Below, in pieces: positions 39,450 to 49,750 of a DNA stretch of 64,000 bases. Source of the stretch: a virus. Taxonomy: Duplodnaviria; Caudoviricetes. The number at the start of each line of letters is the position of its first letter. Positions within the stretch are counted from its first letter, which is position 1. Location of the stretch: positions 64,001-128,000 of the IMG/VR virus record IMGVR_UViG_2974655483_000001; one strand, written 5' to 3'. Position numbers and translations under genes: made by a program. Under the pieces are notes generated by a model. It worked only from the letters and a program-made list of their open reading frames with translations. It was not told where the DNA came from and searched no databases.

Positions 39450-41099
39450 ATGAGTACGACTGAAGTATATCTTGGTAATCCCAATCTAAAGAAAGCAAAT
39501 ATTGCTCAGGAGTTTTCCCCTGAGGAAGTACAAGAGTATCTAAAATGTGCTGATGATCCAGTACATTTTATTCTTAATTACATTAAGATTGTTTCCCTAG
39601 ATGAAGGTGTTATACCTTTTACTATGTACGACTTTCAAGTCGATATGGTAAAGAGTTTTCATGACAATAGATTCAATATTGCCAAGTTACCTCGTCAGTC
39701 AGGTAAGTCTACTATCGTTACAGCATATCTTCTTTGGTATGTTCTATTCAACCCCAATGTCAATGTAGCAATCCTTGCAAACAAAGCAGCGACTGCCCGT
39801 GAAATGTTAGGTCGCTTACAACTTAGTTATGAAAATCTTCCCAAATGGCTCCAGCAAGGAATCCTCCAATGGAACAGGGGATCATTGGAACTTGAGAATG
39901 GCAGTAAAATTTTGGCTGCATCTACTTCCGCTAGTGCCGTCAGGGGCATGTCTTTTAATGTCATATTTCTGGACGAGTTCGCGTTTGTTCCGAACCATAT
40001 TGCTGACCAGTTCTTTTCATCTGTGTATCCTACTGTATCTTCTGGTAAGTCTACAAAGGTAATCATCATCTCCACGCCACATGGGATGAATATGTTCTAT
40101 AAACTGTGGCATGATGCTGAACAAGGGAAGAATGAATACCTCCCAACTGAGGTACATTGGTCACAAGTTCCTGGTAGAGATGCTGCATGGAAAGAACAGA
40201 CTATCAAGAACACTTCAGAGCAACAGTTCAAGGTTGAGTTTGAGTGCGAGTTCCTTGGATCTGTCGATACATTGATTAGTCCCAGTAAGTTGAGGACTAT
40301 GCCGTATGTTGAACCTATTGCACAAAATAAAGGTCTTTCTATCTACGACAGAGTAGAGGCAGAGCATAATTATATTATTACGGTTGACGTATCTCGTGGA
40401 ATAGGAAATGATTACAGTGCATTTGTTGTGGTAGATACGACAACTATGCCATACAAAGTAGTTGCAAGGTATAGAAATAATGAAATTAAACCTATCATTT
40501 TTCCCAACATCATTATTGATGTTGCAAGAAATTATAATAATGCGTATATACTTTGCGAAGTGAATGATATCGGTGGACAAGTAGCAGATATTATTCAGTT
40601 TGATTTGGAGTACGAAAATCTATTGATGGCAGCAATGCGGGGTCGTGCTGGTCAACAATTAGGTCAAGGGTTCTCTGGTAAGAAAACTCAACTAGGTGTC
40701 AAGATGTCCAGTGCCGTAAAGCAGGTTGGATGTTCTAACCTCAAAGCATTAATTGAAGAAGATAAACTTATCATTCCTGATTATGAAACTATTGCAGAAC
40801 TAACTACATTTATTGTCAAAGGGCAGTCTTTTGCTGCAGAAGATGGTTGTAATGATGACCTCGCTATGTGTCTTGTCATTTTCGGATGGATGGCAATGCA
40901 GGAGTATTTCAAACAAATGCATGATAATGATGTAAGACAAAGAATATACGACGACCAGAGAGAATCAATCGAACAGGATATGTCACCCTTTGGATTTATT
41001 AGTGATGGTATGGAAGATGAATACTTTGCGGATGCTCAGGGAGATGTTTGGCAGGTTGCGGAATATGGGGATAAGTCTTATATGTGGGAGTTTAGGTAA
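39450..41099 (+). CDS. gp17: Terminase large subunit gp17
   Basis: YLGNPNLKK; Walker A PRQSGKST; Walker B IFLDEFAF; nuclease DVSRG...DYS...DDLAM. Confidence 0.97.
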   Translation: MSTTEVYLGNPNLKKANIAQEFSPEEVQEYLKCADDPVHFILNYIKIVSLDEGVIPFTMYDFQVDMVKSFHDNRFNIAKLPRQSGKSTIVTAYLLWYVLFNPNVNVAILANKAATAREMLGRLQLSYENLPKWLQQGILQWNRGSLELENGSKILAASTSASAVRGMSFNVIFLDEFAFVPNHIADQFFSSVYPTVSSGKSTKVIIISTPHGMNMFYKLWHDAEQGKNEYLPTEVHWSQVPGRDAAWKEQTIKNTSEQQFKVEFECEFLGSVDTLISPSKLRTMPYVEPIAQNKGLSIYDRVEAEHNYIITVDVSRGIGNDYSAFVVVDTTTMPYKVVARYRNNEIKPIIFPNIIIDVARNYNNAYILCEVNDIGGQVADIIQFDLEYENLLMAAMRGRAGQQLGQGFSGKKTQLGVKMSSAVKQVGCSNLKALIEEDKLIIPDYETIAELTTFIVKGQSFAAEDGCNDDLAMCLVIFGWMAMQEYFKQMHDNDVRQRIYDDQRESIEQDMSPFGFISDGMEDEYFADAQGDVWQVAEYGDKSYMWEFR

Positions 41100-41110
41100 G
41101 GATCCAAAAA

Positions 41111-41118
41111 TATAAATA
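41111..41118 (+). promoter_or_regulatory. T4-type late promoter
   Basis: TATAAATA upstream of gp18 (AGGAG RBS). Confidence 0.8.
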
Positions 41119-41163
41119 ATCTTAGACAACCGATGTTGGAATTAAACCTAGGAGACTTAAACA

Positions 41164-43416
41164 ATGGCAGTCAATCAATCCTCGCCAGGGGTAGTCGTTC
41201 AGGAAAGAGACCTGACGACTATTACTTCACTATCAACCGCAAATGTTGGAGTTCTTGCAGCACCATTTGAACTTGGTCCAGTAGAAGAGATCGTTAATAT
41301 CTCCACCGAAAGAGAATTAGTTGAGCAATTTGGTAAGCCAAATGACTACAACTATGAGTACTGGTATACTGCTGCTCAGTATTTGAACTATGGTGGTGTA
41401 CTTAAGACAGTTCGTGTCAATTCTACTGCGCTGAAGAATGCAGTTGATACTGGTGCTGCTCCTCTGATTAAAAATCTTACGGATTATGAAACCACTATCG
41501 AAAGTGCAAACAACACTTGGTCTTGGGCAGCAAAAACTGCAGGCACTAAAGGAAATTCTATCGGTGTCTTCGTAACTGATGCTGGTGCTGACCAGATTGC
41601 AGTTATCCCTGCTCCAGGTTCAGGTAATGAATTTGAGTTTGTCAATGACGCTGCAGTAAGTGCTGCTTCTGGAGCTGCTGGTAAAGTCTTCAAGTATAGC
41701 ATTGTATTAACTGTCACAACTATTGTTGGTGACTTCACTCCTGGTGCAAGTACAACTATTGCTATTTCTGGTTCTAACGAAACTGTCGATGTTCTTGCGT
41801 GGGATCCTGCTAACAAAAAACTTGAAATCGGTCTTCCTGCTGGTGGTGTAACTGGTATTGTTGTTGATGCACAGACCATTACTCAGGGTACTAACACTGC
41901 TGTAATTGCTACTGCTGGTATTGAACGCAAATTGTATATTGCTAAGAATAAGGACAGTGTAGATTTTGCTGCTGCAGATAGTATTGAAGATACAAACACC
42001 AACGCTGCTGCTATTACTTCTGTTCGTGGTGAGTATGATGAGCGTGAGTATCTGCCTGGTGTAAAATGGGTAAACACTGCTCCTCGTCCTGGCACTTCAC
42101 AGTGGTCAACTACTGCTGGTGGATTCCGTGATGAACTGCATGTCTTAGTTATTGATGTTGATGGTGCTATCACAGGAACTGCTGGTGCTCTTCTTGAGCG
42201 TTTCATTGGTGTTTCTAAAGCATCTGATGCCAAAACTTCTGTTGGTGAGACCAACTATTATGCCGAAGTTATCAAGCAGCGTTCAGCATATATCTATTGG
42301 GGTGAGCACGAGACTACATTGTTCAATGCAACTGCAACCCCTGCCGATGGTAACTGGGGTTTAACCGCAACTGCTCGCCAGTTTAATCTTCTTCGTTCTA
42401 CTGCTGGTACAGTAGACTATCCTGCAGGACGCACAACAGTTGGTTCTGCTAGCAATGCCACTTACTACTACCGTCTCGCCAATGGTGCCGACTATACATT
42501 ATCTGGTGGTACATATTCAGTATCCAACAGCGATGTTTCTACATCGTATGAGTTAGTCGAAGATCCAGAATCGCAAACTGTTGACTTTATCTTGACAGGT
42601 CCTTCTGGTCCTGATGATGCATCCGCTATCGCTAAAATTACTTCATTGGTTAATATCGTTGAAGAACGCCGTGACTGTATGGTATTTGCTTCTCCTCGTA
42701 GAGCAAATGTAATCGGAATTTCTAACTCCACTGCAGCAACAAATAATATCATCGATTTCTTTGATCAACTGCCTTCTTCATCTTACGCAGTATATGATTC
42801 TGGTTACAAGTACATCTACGATAAGTACAATGATGTATATCGTTATGTCCCTTGTAACGGTGATGTTGCTGGTCTTTGCCTGCAAACAACTGAAGTCGCA
42901 GAACCTTGGTTCTCTCCTGCTGGTTTCCAGCGTGGTAACTTGAGAAATGCAATCAAACTTGCATATACTCCCAACAAGACTCAACGCGACCGTTTGTATT
43001 CTGCTCGTGTCAATCCAATCGTTTCTTTCCCTGGTCAGGGCGTAGTTCTTTACGGTGATAAGACTGCACAAGGTTTCGCCTCTGCATTCGATCGTATCAA
43101 TGTTCGTCGCTTGTTCCTTACGATTGAGCGCGTAATCAGCGGTGCTGCTAAGGCACAACTGTTTGAACAGAATGATGAGTCACAACGCGCATTGTTCCTG
43201 AACATTGTCGAACCTTATCTTCGCGATGTTCAAGGTCGTCGTGGTGTAACTGACTTCTTGGTCAAGTGTGATACTCAGAACAATCCTCCCGAATCCGTTG
43301 ACCGTGGAGAGTTCTATGCTGAGATCTTCGTTAAGCCTACACGCACAATTAACTACATCACACTAACATTCGTAGCAACCAGAACTGGTGTTGCATTCAA
43401 CGAAGTTGCTTCCTGA
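41164..43416 (+). CDS. gp18: Tail sheath protein gp18
   Basis: SPGVVVQERDLT, PWFSPAGFQRG, FDRINVRRLF motifs. Confidence 0.96.
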   Translation: MAVNQSSPGVVVQERDLTTITSLSTANVGVLAAPFELGPVEEIVNISTERELVEQFGKPNDYNYEYWYTAAQYLNYGGVLKTVRVNSTALKNAVDTGAAPLIKNLTDYETTIESANNTWSWAAKTAGTKGNSIGVFVTDAGADQIAVIPAPGSGNEFEFVNDAAVSAASGAAGKVFKYSIVLTVTTIVGDFTPGASTTIAISGSNETVDVLAWDPANKKLEIGLPAGGVTGIVVDAQTITQGTNTAVIATAGIERKLYIAKNKDSVDFAAADSIEDTNTNAAAITSVRGEYDEREYLPGVKWVNTAPRPGTSQWSTTAGGFRDELHVLVIDVDGAITGTAGALLERFIGVSKASDAKTSVGETNYYAEVIKQRSAYIYWGEHETTLFNATATPADGNWGLTATARQFNLLRSTAGTVDYPAGRTTVGSASNATYYYRLANGADYTLSGGTYSVSNSDVSTSYELVEDPESQTVDFILTGPSGPDDASAIAKITSLVNIVEERRDCMVFASPRRANVIGISNSTAATNNIIDFFDQLPSSSYAVYDSGYKYIYDKYNDVYRYVPCNGDVAGLCLQTTEVAEPWFSPAGFQRGNLRNAIKLAYTPNKTQRDRLYSARVNPIVSFPGQGVVLYGDKTAQGFASAFDRINVRRLFLTIERVISGAAKAQLFEQNDESQRALFLNIVEPYLRDVQGRRGVTDFLVKCDTQNNPPESVDRGEFYAEIFVKPTRTINYITLTFVATRTGVAFNEVAS

Positions 43417-43433
43417 TAATAGTTAACATAACT

Positions 43434-43460
43434 AAGAGACCTTACGGGGTCTCTTTTTTT
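43434..43460 (+). terminator. Rho-independent terminator
   Basis: AAGAGACCT-TACG-GGGTCTCTT hairpin with poly-T. Confidence 0.85.
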
Positions 43461-43480
43461 GTCTGAAAATATGATTTGTA

Positions 43481-43487
43481 ATAAATA
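43481..43487 (+). promoter_or_regulatory. T4-type late promoter
   Basis: ATAAATA upstream of gp19. Confidence 0.7.
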
Positions 43488-43518
43488 CTAAGGACAGAGA
43501 CACCTGAGCAAAAAAACA

Positions 43519-44097
43519 ATGGCAAAAAGAGGAACTATTGACGACTTTAAAGCAAATGTCGCTTCGGACTTTGCGCGTCCTAATCTATTCCAAGTAGATT
43601 TAAATTTCCCACAAGGAATCATTAACAATTCTAGTCTGATTGAACTTGGTAAGTTCACTGTTCGTGCAGCAAATCTTCCCTCTTCTCAGATTGGTGTTAT
43701 TGAAGTTCCTTTCCGAGGAAGAGTCCTGAAGATTGCAGGTGACAGAACGTTTGAACCTTGGACCATCACTGTTCAGAATGACAGCAACTTTGTTCTGCGT
43801 GATGCATTTGAACTTTGGGCATCCAGCATTCAGGCATACAACGAGAACTTCACTCAAGCAGGTGGTCTTGGAGATGCTGATGATGCTACTGGATACTTCG
43901 CTGACATGACTGTTCATCAGTTAGCACGCGATATCAAAGATGGCAATTCACCTAAGATTCTCAAGTCTTATAGGTTCTATAATGTATTCCCAAGTGCAAT
44001 CGCTGCTATCGATCTCGACTTCGGTAACAATGATGCTATTGAAGAGTTTACTGTTGAACTTCAGACTCAGTACTGGACTCCTGTAGTTGCTAACTGA
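43519..44097 (+). CDS. gp19: Tail tube protein gp19
   Basis: ARPNLFQV, VPFRGRVLKIAGDRTFEPWTITV, IEEFTVE motifs. Confidence 0.95.
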   Translation: MAKRGTIDDFKANVASDFARPNLFQVDLNFPQGIINNSSLIELGKFTVRAANLPSSQIGVIEVPFRGRVLKIAGDRTFEPWTITVQNDSNFVLRDAFELWASSIQAYNENFTQAGGLGDADDATGYFADMTVHQLARDIKDGNSPKILKSYRFYNVFPSAIAAIDLDFGNNDAIEEFTVELQTQYWTPVVAN

Positions 44098-44105
44098 GAT
44101 ACTTG

Positions 44106-44112
44106 ATAAATA
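44106..44112 (+). promoter_or_regulatory. T4-type late promoter
   Basis: ATAAATA upstream of gp20. Confidence 0.7.
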
Positions 44113-44139
44113 GAACAGGACCAGTTACTTAGAAATATA

Positions 44140-45744
44140 ATGTCTCAGCTCTTCGGTTTTTCACTGGAAAGAGCAAAGAAGGTCCCCAAGGGGCCTTCTT
44201 TTGTTCAAAAAGATAGTATGGATGGTTCGCAACCTATTGTAGGTGGCGGATATTATGGATATTCCGTTGATTTTGATGGTGCTGTTCGTAATGATTATGA
44301 ACTCATTTCTCGTTATAGAGAGATGGTAATGCAACCAGAATGTGATAGTGCGGTTGATGATATCGTCAATGAAACTATTTGTGGTAATTTTGATGATGTA
44401 CCAGTAGAGGTTGAACTCTCTAATCTCAAGGCGTCGGATAAAATTAAAAAACTTATCAGAGAAGAGTTTGAAACTGTTCTCAGATTATTAGACTTTGAAA
44501 ATCGTTCCTATGAAATTTTTCGTAGGTGGTATGTAGATGGAAGACTATTTTATCATAAAGTAATTGACCCCAAAAATCCTGCTGGTGGTCTTGCAGAACT
44601 GCGATATATTGATCCTCGCAAGATTCGTAAGGTTACTGAATATGAGCAGAAGAAACCCGATCAAATGCGTGGGGTTGATTTAAACCAACAATTAACACAA
44701 AAAGCAGCAGAGTATTTCTTATACAATCCAAAGGGATTAAAGAATTCTACGAATCAGGGTATGAAAATTACCACGGATTCTGTTACTTATTGCCACTCTG
44801 GCATTCAAGATTTGAACAAGAACATGACTCTTAGTCACCTGCATAAGGCGATTAAAGCAGTCAACCAACTGAGAATGATTGAAGATTCTCTGGTTATCTA
44901 TCGTTTAAGTAGAGCACCTGAGCGTCGTATCTTTTACATTGACGTTGGTAATCTTCCCAAAAACAAAGCAGAACAATATCTGCGTGAAGTTATGGGTCGC
45001 TATCGTAACAAGATGGTTTATGATTCCAACACTGGTGAGATTAAAGACGATAAGAAGTTCATGTCCATGATGGAAGACTTCTGGTTACCTCGTCGTGAAG
45101 GTGGTCGTGGTACAGAAATCTCTACACTTCCTGGTGGTCAGAATCTTGGAGAACTTGAGGATGTAAAGTATTTCCAGAAGAAACTTTATAAGGCACTCAA
45201 TGTTCCTTCGTCCCGTTTAGAAACAGAAACGACTTTTAATATCGGTCGTGCTGCTGAGATTACTAGGGACGAAGTTAAGTTCCAGAAGTTTATTGCTAGA
45301 CTGCGTAAGCGTTTCTCGGAACTCTTTACAGATCTTTTAAAAACACAACTCATTCTTAAGGGAGTCATGTCTCTTGAAGAGTGGGAAGACATGAAGAATC
45401 ACATTCAGTTTGACTTCATTGCTGATAACTACTTCACCGAACTGAAAGAGATTGAAATCCGCAACGAAAGAATGAATCAAGTTGCAGCGATGGATCCTTA
45501 TGTTGGCAAATATTTCTCCGTAGATTATATGCGTCGTCAGGTTCTGAAGCAAACCGAAATCGAGATTAAAGAAATTGACAAGCAAATTGCCTCTGAGATG
45601 GAAGCAGGTATTATTGCTGATCCTATGGCGGAAATGGATCCTGCTATGGCTGCTGGCGGTGAAGGTGCCCCTGCAGCAGAAGTAGATCCAAACGCACAGG
45701 AATCTTCAGTTGATCCTGGTGATGTCCGCAGAGGAGAATTTTAA
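44140..45744 (+). CDS. gp20: Portal protein gp20
   Basis: FRRWYVDGR, YRLSRAPERRIFYIDVGNLPK, EDFWLPRREGGRGTEI motifs. Confidence 0.97.
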   Translation: MSQLFGFSLERAKKVPKGPSFVQKDSMDGSQPIVGGGYYGYSVDFDGAVRNDYELISRYREMVMQPECDSAVDDIVNETICGNFDDVPVEVELSNLKASDKIKKLIREEFETVLRLLDFENRSYEIFRRWYVDGRLFYHKVIDPKNPAGGLAELRYIDPRKIRKVTEYEQKKPDQMRGVDLNQQLTQKAAEYFLYNPKGLKNSTNQGMKITTDSVTYCHSGIQDLNKNMTLSHLHKAIKAVNQLRMIEDSLVIYRLSRAPERRIFYIDVGNLPKNKAEQYLREVMGRYRNKMVYDSNTGEIKDDKKFMSMMEDFWLPRREGGRGTEISTLPGGQNLGELEDVKYFQKKLYKALNVPSSRLETETTFNIGRAAEITRDEVKFQKFIARLRKRFSELFTDLLKTQLILKGVMSLEEWEDMKNHIQFDFIADNYFTELKEIEIRNERMNQVAAMDPYVGKYFSVDYMRRQVLKQTEIEIKEIDKQIASEMEAGIIADPMAEMDPAMAAGGEGAPAAEVDPNAQESSVDPGDVRRGEF

Positions 45745-45777
45745 TTAACTAAATAATACTAATAATGGATACTTATT

Positions 45778-46101
45778 ATGCCTAGTGATATTGCAAAACA
45801 AATAGTTCAGCAAGTTTTTAGTGATGAAAAAGCAAAAGCGATTGACTCCATTAATGATGCATTAGCATCTTCAACTTACGATGCTATTCAAGCACAAAAA
45901 GTTCAGTATGCGAAGAGTATTGGTTTTGAGTTAGATCAGACCGCGCAAGATTCGGCAGATGAAATTGCTGATAGTTTGCCAGACGGTTCTGAAAATGCTC
46001 AAGATGTTGAAGTTGATGGGCGTATGCCACATGAACCTCCTACTGATGAATTAGAACAACCTGTAGAAACCCCCGAAGAAGAAAATGAAACTGATAGCTG
46101 A
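45778..46101 (+). CDS. Acidic prohead-core protein (gp67-like position)
   Basis: Acidic 107-aa ORF between gp20 and gp21; CTAAATA late-promoter variant at 45749. Confidence 0.6.
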   Translation: MPSDIAKQIVQQVFSDEKAKAIDSINDALASSTYDAIQAQKVQYAKSIGFELDQTAQDSADEIADSLPDGSENAQDVEVDGRMPHEPPTDELEQPVETPEEENETDS

Positions 46102-46729
46102 AGAAATTACTCAAGTAGATTTTCTCTGTGAAGAGAAAGAAGGCAAGAAAAATTACTTCATTGAAGGTATCTTCTTGCAGGCAGAACTACAGAACCGCAA
46201 TGGTCGCATGTATAAGTTACCAACTTTACAGCGCGAAGTTGCTAAATACAGCGAGAACTACATTCAAAAAGGGCGTGCCCTTGGAGAGTTAGGTCATCCC
46301 GATGGTCCTTCTATCAATCTTGATAGGGTGTCACATAAGATTGAATCTCTCAAAGAAGATGGAAACAACTTCATTGGTAGAGCAAAAATCCTTGACACTC
46401 CCATGGGTAATATTGCAAAGAACCTTCTTTCTGAAGGCGTCAGTCTTGGCGTTTCTTCTAGAGGTATGGGTTCTTTGGTTAAAAGAGAAGGTTGTAATGT
46501 CGTCGCAGATGACTTTATGCTTGCAACTGCTGCTGATATTGTAGCAGATCCTTCTGCTCCTGATGCTTTTGTTGATGGAATCATGGAAGGAAAGGAATGG
46601 GTTTGGGATAATGGCATCCTCAAAGAGTCTGCTATTGCTCAAATCAAGACTGAAATTGATGAAGCAACTATTATTAATCTGCAGGAGCGTAAAATCTCCG
46701 CGTTTGCAGCATTTTTAAAGAGTTTGTGA
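46085..46729 (+). CDS. gp21: Prohead protease gp21
   Basis: ALGELGHP, GVSSRGMGSL, DIVADPSAPDAFV motifs. Confidence 0.95.
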   Translation: MKLIAEEITQVDFLCEEKEGKKNYFIEGIFLQAELQNRNGRMYKLPTLQREVAKYSENYIQKGRALGELGHPDGPSINLDRVSHKIESLKEDGNNFIGRAKILDTPMGNIAKNLLSEGVSLGVSSRGMGSLVKREGCNVVADDFMLATAADIVADPSAPDAFVDGIMEGKEWVWDNGILKESAIAQIKTEIDEATIINLQERKISAFAAFLKSL

Positions 46730-46731
46730 TT

Positions 46732-46739
46732 TATAAATA
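46732..46739 (+). promoter_or_regulatory. T4-type late promoter
   Basis: TATAAATA upstream of gp22. Confidence 0.8.
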
Positions 46740-46778
46740 ATAAAAGATAACGCTACTATGCATAACGGAGAATATCAA

Positions 46779-47798
46779 ATGTCTGAGACCCTCGACAAAA
46801 ACTTAGATAATATGGAGTCTGTGACCGAAGGTTCCAACGCAGTTACCAAAGACGCCAAGCCTGGCGAAAAAATTGACACCTCTAAGGGTGGAGCATCTAA
46901 GGTAATTGATGTTACTTCTGATTCAGAAGAAGGTGCTAAAGGAACTAAGAATGCAGGCAAATCTGCAGCAGCACCTGTAGGTAAGGCACCTGTTCCAAGT
47001 ACCAAGCCAAGTGACGCATCTGCTAAAATGGAGGAAACGGAAGATGGCGAAGAAGAAGTCCTCGCTGAAACCGACCTCGACTTTACTGAAGATGTTGACG
47101 CTCTTGTCGCTGGTGAAGACCTCTCAGAAGAGTTCCGTTTAAAAGCAGCAACAATCTTTGAAGCCGCTGTAACCAGTCGTGTTAACAAAGAAGCAGCAGC
47201 GTTGCAAGAAGCGTATGAATCTACGCTGACTGAAGAAGTCGAAAAGATCCAAACAGAATTGGCCGAGAAGGTTGACAACTACCTGACTTATGCCGCTGAA
47301 TCCTGGATGAAGGAAAATGCTCTCCAGGTTGAGCACGGTATTAAGACTGAAATGGCAGAGTCATTCTTCAACGGTCTAAAAGGTCTTTTCCTTGAGCATA
47401 ACTTTAGCGTGCCCGAGGAAAAATTCAACATGCTTGACGGCATGGTTGGAGAAATTGATGAAATGGAAGCTAAACTCAACGAGCAAATCGACGCTAATGT
47501 TGCTTTAAATAAGCGTATTGGCGAGTTTGTCAAAATGGAAATTGTGAACGAAGTCGCTGCAGGTCTCGCTGAGACTCAGAAGGAGAAGCTTGCTTCTCTG
47601 GCAGAGGGTGTTGAGTTTGAAACTGAAGAAGACTTTCGAAAGAAAGTCGAAACGATTAAGGAATCCTACTTTACCCGTAAGGCTGAAGTTGCTTCTGCAA
47701 CCGACCCCACCGAAGAAGTTTCGGAACCCCTTGTCGAAGAAAACCTAGGCGGAACAATGTCGAAATACGTTGATGCAATCGCCCGTTGGTCTAAATAA
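46779..47798 (+). CDS. gp22: Prohead scaffold protein gp22
   Basis: LSEEFRLKAATIFEAAV, VDNYLTY...W motifs; start chosen after the GGAG RBS. Confidence 0.92.
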   Translation: MSETLDKNLDNMESVTEGSNAVTKDAKPGEKIDTSKGGASKVIDVTSDSEEGAKGTKNAGKSAAAPVGKAPVPSTKPSDASAKMEETEDGEEEVLAETDLDFTEDVDALVAGEDLSEEFRLKAATIFEAAVTSRVNKEAAALQEAYESTLTEEVEKIQTELAEKVDNYLTYAAESWMKENALQVEHGIKTEMAESFFNGLKGLFLEHNFSVPEEKFNMLDGMVGEIDEMEAKLNEQIDANVALNKRIGEFVKMEIVNEVAAGLAETQKEKLASLAEGVEFETEEDFRKKVETIKESYFTRKAEVASATDPTEEVSEPLVEENLGGTMSKYVDAIARWSK

Positions 47799-47836
47799 TT
47801 AATTAACTTTATCTACTTTTTAACTCGGAGATACAA

Positions 47837-49213
47837 ATGTCTTTACGTCAACTCCAGGAGAAGTGGGCACCCGTTCTGAATCACGATGCTCTTCCAGAGA
47901 TTCAAGATTCCCATAAGCGTGGCGTCATCGCTCAACTCCTCGAAAACCAAGAAAAAGCACAAGTCGAAGAAGGACAAATCCTTAACGAGACTCTTCAAAC
48001 AACTGGCTACACTGGTGCCAGCACAGCGACAGGTCCTGTTGCAGGTTTCGACCCTGTACTGATCAGCCTCATCCGTCGCTCCATGCCTCAGCTTATCGCT
48101 TATGATATTGCTGGCGTTCAACCGATGACTGGTCCTACTGGACTTATCTTCGCAATGCGTACGAACTACGGTTCTGAGCGCGATCCTAATGCCTCTGGTT
48201 ACGACGAAGCATTCTTCAACGAGCCTAACGCTGGTTTCTCTGGTGGTCCTGGTGCATACGATCCTGGTGCATCAAGTTCTACTGACAACGATGCAGAAGG
48301 AAACAACCCTGGACTTCTCAATGATTCCCCCGCTGGAACCTATGAGTTGACTGGCGATGCTCAGGGCATGTCAACAGGAACTGCTGAAGCTCTCGATGAC
48401 TCTGCATCTAACACGGCATTCCGTGAGATGGGTTTCTCGATCGAGAAAGTCACTGTAACCGCCAAGGCACGCGCCCTGAAGGCTGAGTACAGCATCGAGA
48501 TGGCACAAGACCTGAAGGCGATTCACGGTCTGGATGCTGAAACTGAACTGGCTAACATCCTCAGCACAGAGATTCTTGCTGAAATCAACCGCGAAGTCGT
48601 TCGTACTATCGTAGTTAACGCTGTTGCTGGTGCTCAGAACAATACCGCTACTGCTGGTATCTTTGACCTCGATGTTGATTCCAACGGTCGCTGGTCTGTT
48701 GAGAAGTTCAAAGGACTTCTTTTCCAAATCGAAAGAGATGCTAACGCTATCGGTCAGCAAACTCGTCGTGGCAAAGGCAACATCCTGATCTGTTCTGCCG
48801 ACGTTGCTTCTGCACTGGGTATGGCTGGTGTTCTTGACTACACCCCTGCTCTTGCTGGTAACAACGGTCTTACAGGCGTTGATGACACCTCCAGCACACT
48901 GGTTGGTACACTCAACGGTCGTATCAAGGTCTATGTTGATCCTTACTCAGCAAACGTTGCTGATAAGCACTTCTATGTTTCTGGTTATAAGGGTACTTCA
49001 CCTTATGACGCTGGTCTGTTCTATTGCCCATATGTTCCTCTTCAGCAGGTTCGTGCAATTAACCCTAACACCTTCCAACCAAAAATCGGTTTCAAGACTC
49101 GCTACGGCATGGTCTCGAACCCCTTCTCTGGTGGTCTTACCCAAGGCAGCGGTGCTCTTACCGCCAACGCCAACAAGTACTACCGTCGTGTACAGGTTGC
49201 AAACTTGATGTGA
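47837..49213 (+). CDS. gp23: Major capsid protein gp23
   Basis: KWAPVL, GVQPMTGPTGLIFAMR, RALKAEYS, FQPKIGFKTRYG motifs; CTAAATA at 47791. Confidence 0.98.
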   Translation: MSLRQLQEKWAPVLNHDALPEIQDSHKRGVIAQLLENQEKAQVEEGQILNETLQTTGYTGASTATGPVAGFDPVLISLIRRSMPQLIAYDIAGVQPMTGPTGLIFAMRTNYGSERDPNASGYDEAFFNEPNAGFSGGPGAYDPGASSSTDNDAEGNNPGLLNDSPAGTYELTGDAQGMSTGTAEALDDSASNTAFREMGFSIEKVTVTAKARALKAEYSIEMAQDLKAIHGLDAETELANILSTEILAEINREVVRTIVVNAVAGAQNNTATAGIFDLDVDSNGRWSVEKFKGLLFQIERDANAIGQQTRRGKGNILICSADVASALGMAGVLDYTPALAGNNGLTGVDDTSSTLVGTLNGRIKVYVDPYSANVADKHFYVSGYKGTSPYDAGLFYCPYVPLQQVRAINPNTFQPKIGFKTRYGMVSNPFSGGLTQGSGALTANANKYYRRVQVANLM

Positions 49214-49241
49214 TATCAGCCTTTGGGCATATCATTCTTCG

Positions 49242-49267
49242 GACCCCTCTTAGAGGGGTCTTTTTTT
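49242..49267 (+). terminator. Rho-independent terminator after gp23
   Basis: GACCCCTC-TTA-GAGGGGTC followed by T7. Confidence 0.85.
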
Positions 49268-49274
49268 ATAAATA
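49267..49274 (+). promoter_or_regulatory. T4-type late promoter
   Basis: TATAAATA fused to the terminator T-tract. Confidence 0.75.
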
Positions 49275-49298
49275 AAGTTACCAACGCAATGGTAACCC

Positions 49299-49607
49299 AT
49301 GAGATCAAATCTGGAAGAACGAAGAGAATATCAAAGACGCCGTAGAGATAAACGGAAAGATATGCTGGTAGAAAAGTTTGGTGATAAATGTCATGACTGT
49401 GGTGATACATTTCACAAGTGCATGTATGATTTCCATCATGTCAATCCCTTAGAGAAAAAGTTTGAGATTGCACCAGCATTAGATAGAAACTGGGATACAA
49501 TCTTAGAGGAGATTGAAAAGTGTGTAATGCTCTGCTCAAACTGTCACAGACTCAGACATTACAACGAAGATAGAGGTTCTACAGTATTTGCCAGTAATCT
49601 TGTCTAG
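49299..49607 (+). CDS. Small HNH endonuclease with Zn-finger
   Basis: KCHDCG...YDFHHVNP...KCVMLCSNCHRLRH. Confidence 0.85.
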   Translation: MRSNLEERREYQRRRRDKRKDMLVEKFGDKCHDCGDTFHKCMYDFHHVNPLEKKFEIAPALDRNWDTILEEIEKCVMLCSNCHRLRHYNEDRGSTVFASNLV

Positions 49608-49697
49608 GTATAAATTAGTAGGCAATAATATTCGTTGCATAAAGTTAGTATTTCCTGACAAATCAGCCTAGATAGTATAGAATTATGAGGTGACCAA

Positions 49698-49739
49698 ATG
49701 AACCCAAACTTTAATTATATTATGAGTCACATTTCCTGA
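49698..49739 (+). CDS. Possible 13-aa leader peptide MNPNFNYIMSHIS
   Basis: Strong SD GAGGTGA at 49687-49693 ahead of the ATG; very short. Confidence 0.3.
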   Translation: MNPNFNYIMSHIS

Positions 49740-49750
49740 TAGTAAAACCA

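Noticed and set aside
39450-49213. Introns or inteins in gp17, gp20 or gp23
   Set aside because: ORFs are continuous, of normal length and show no splice motifs
49583-49607. HNH C-terminus (VFASNLV*) as a duplicated gp23 end (VQVANLM*)
   Set aside because: Nucleotide similarity is too weak to separate from chance
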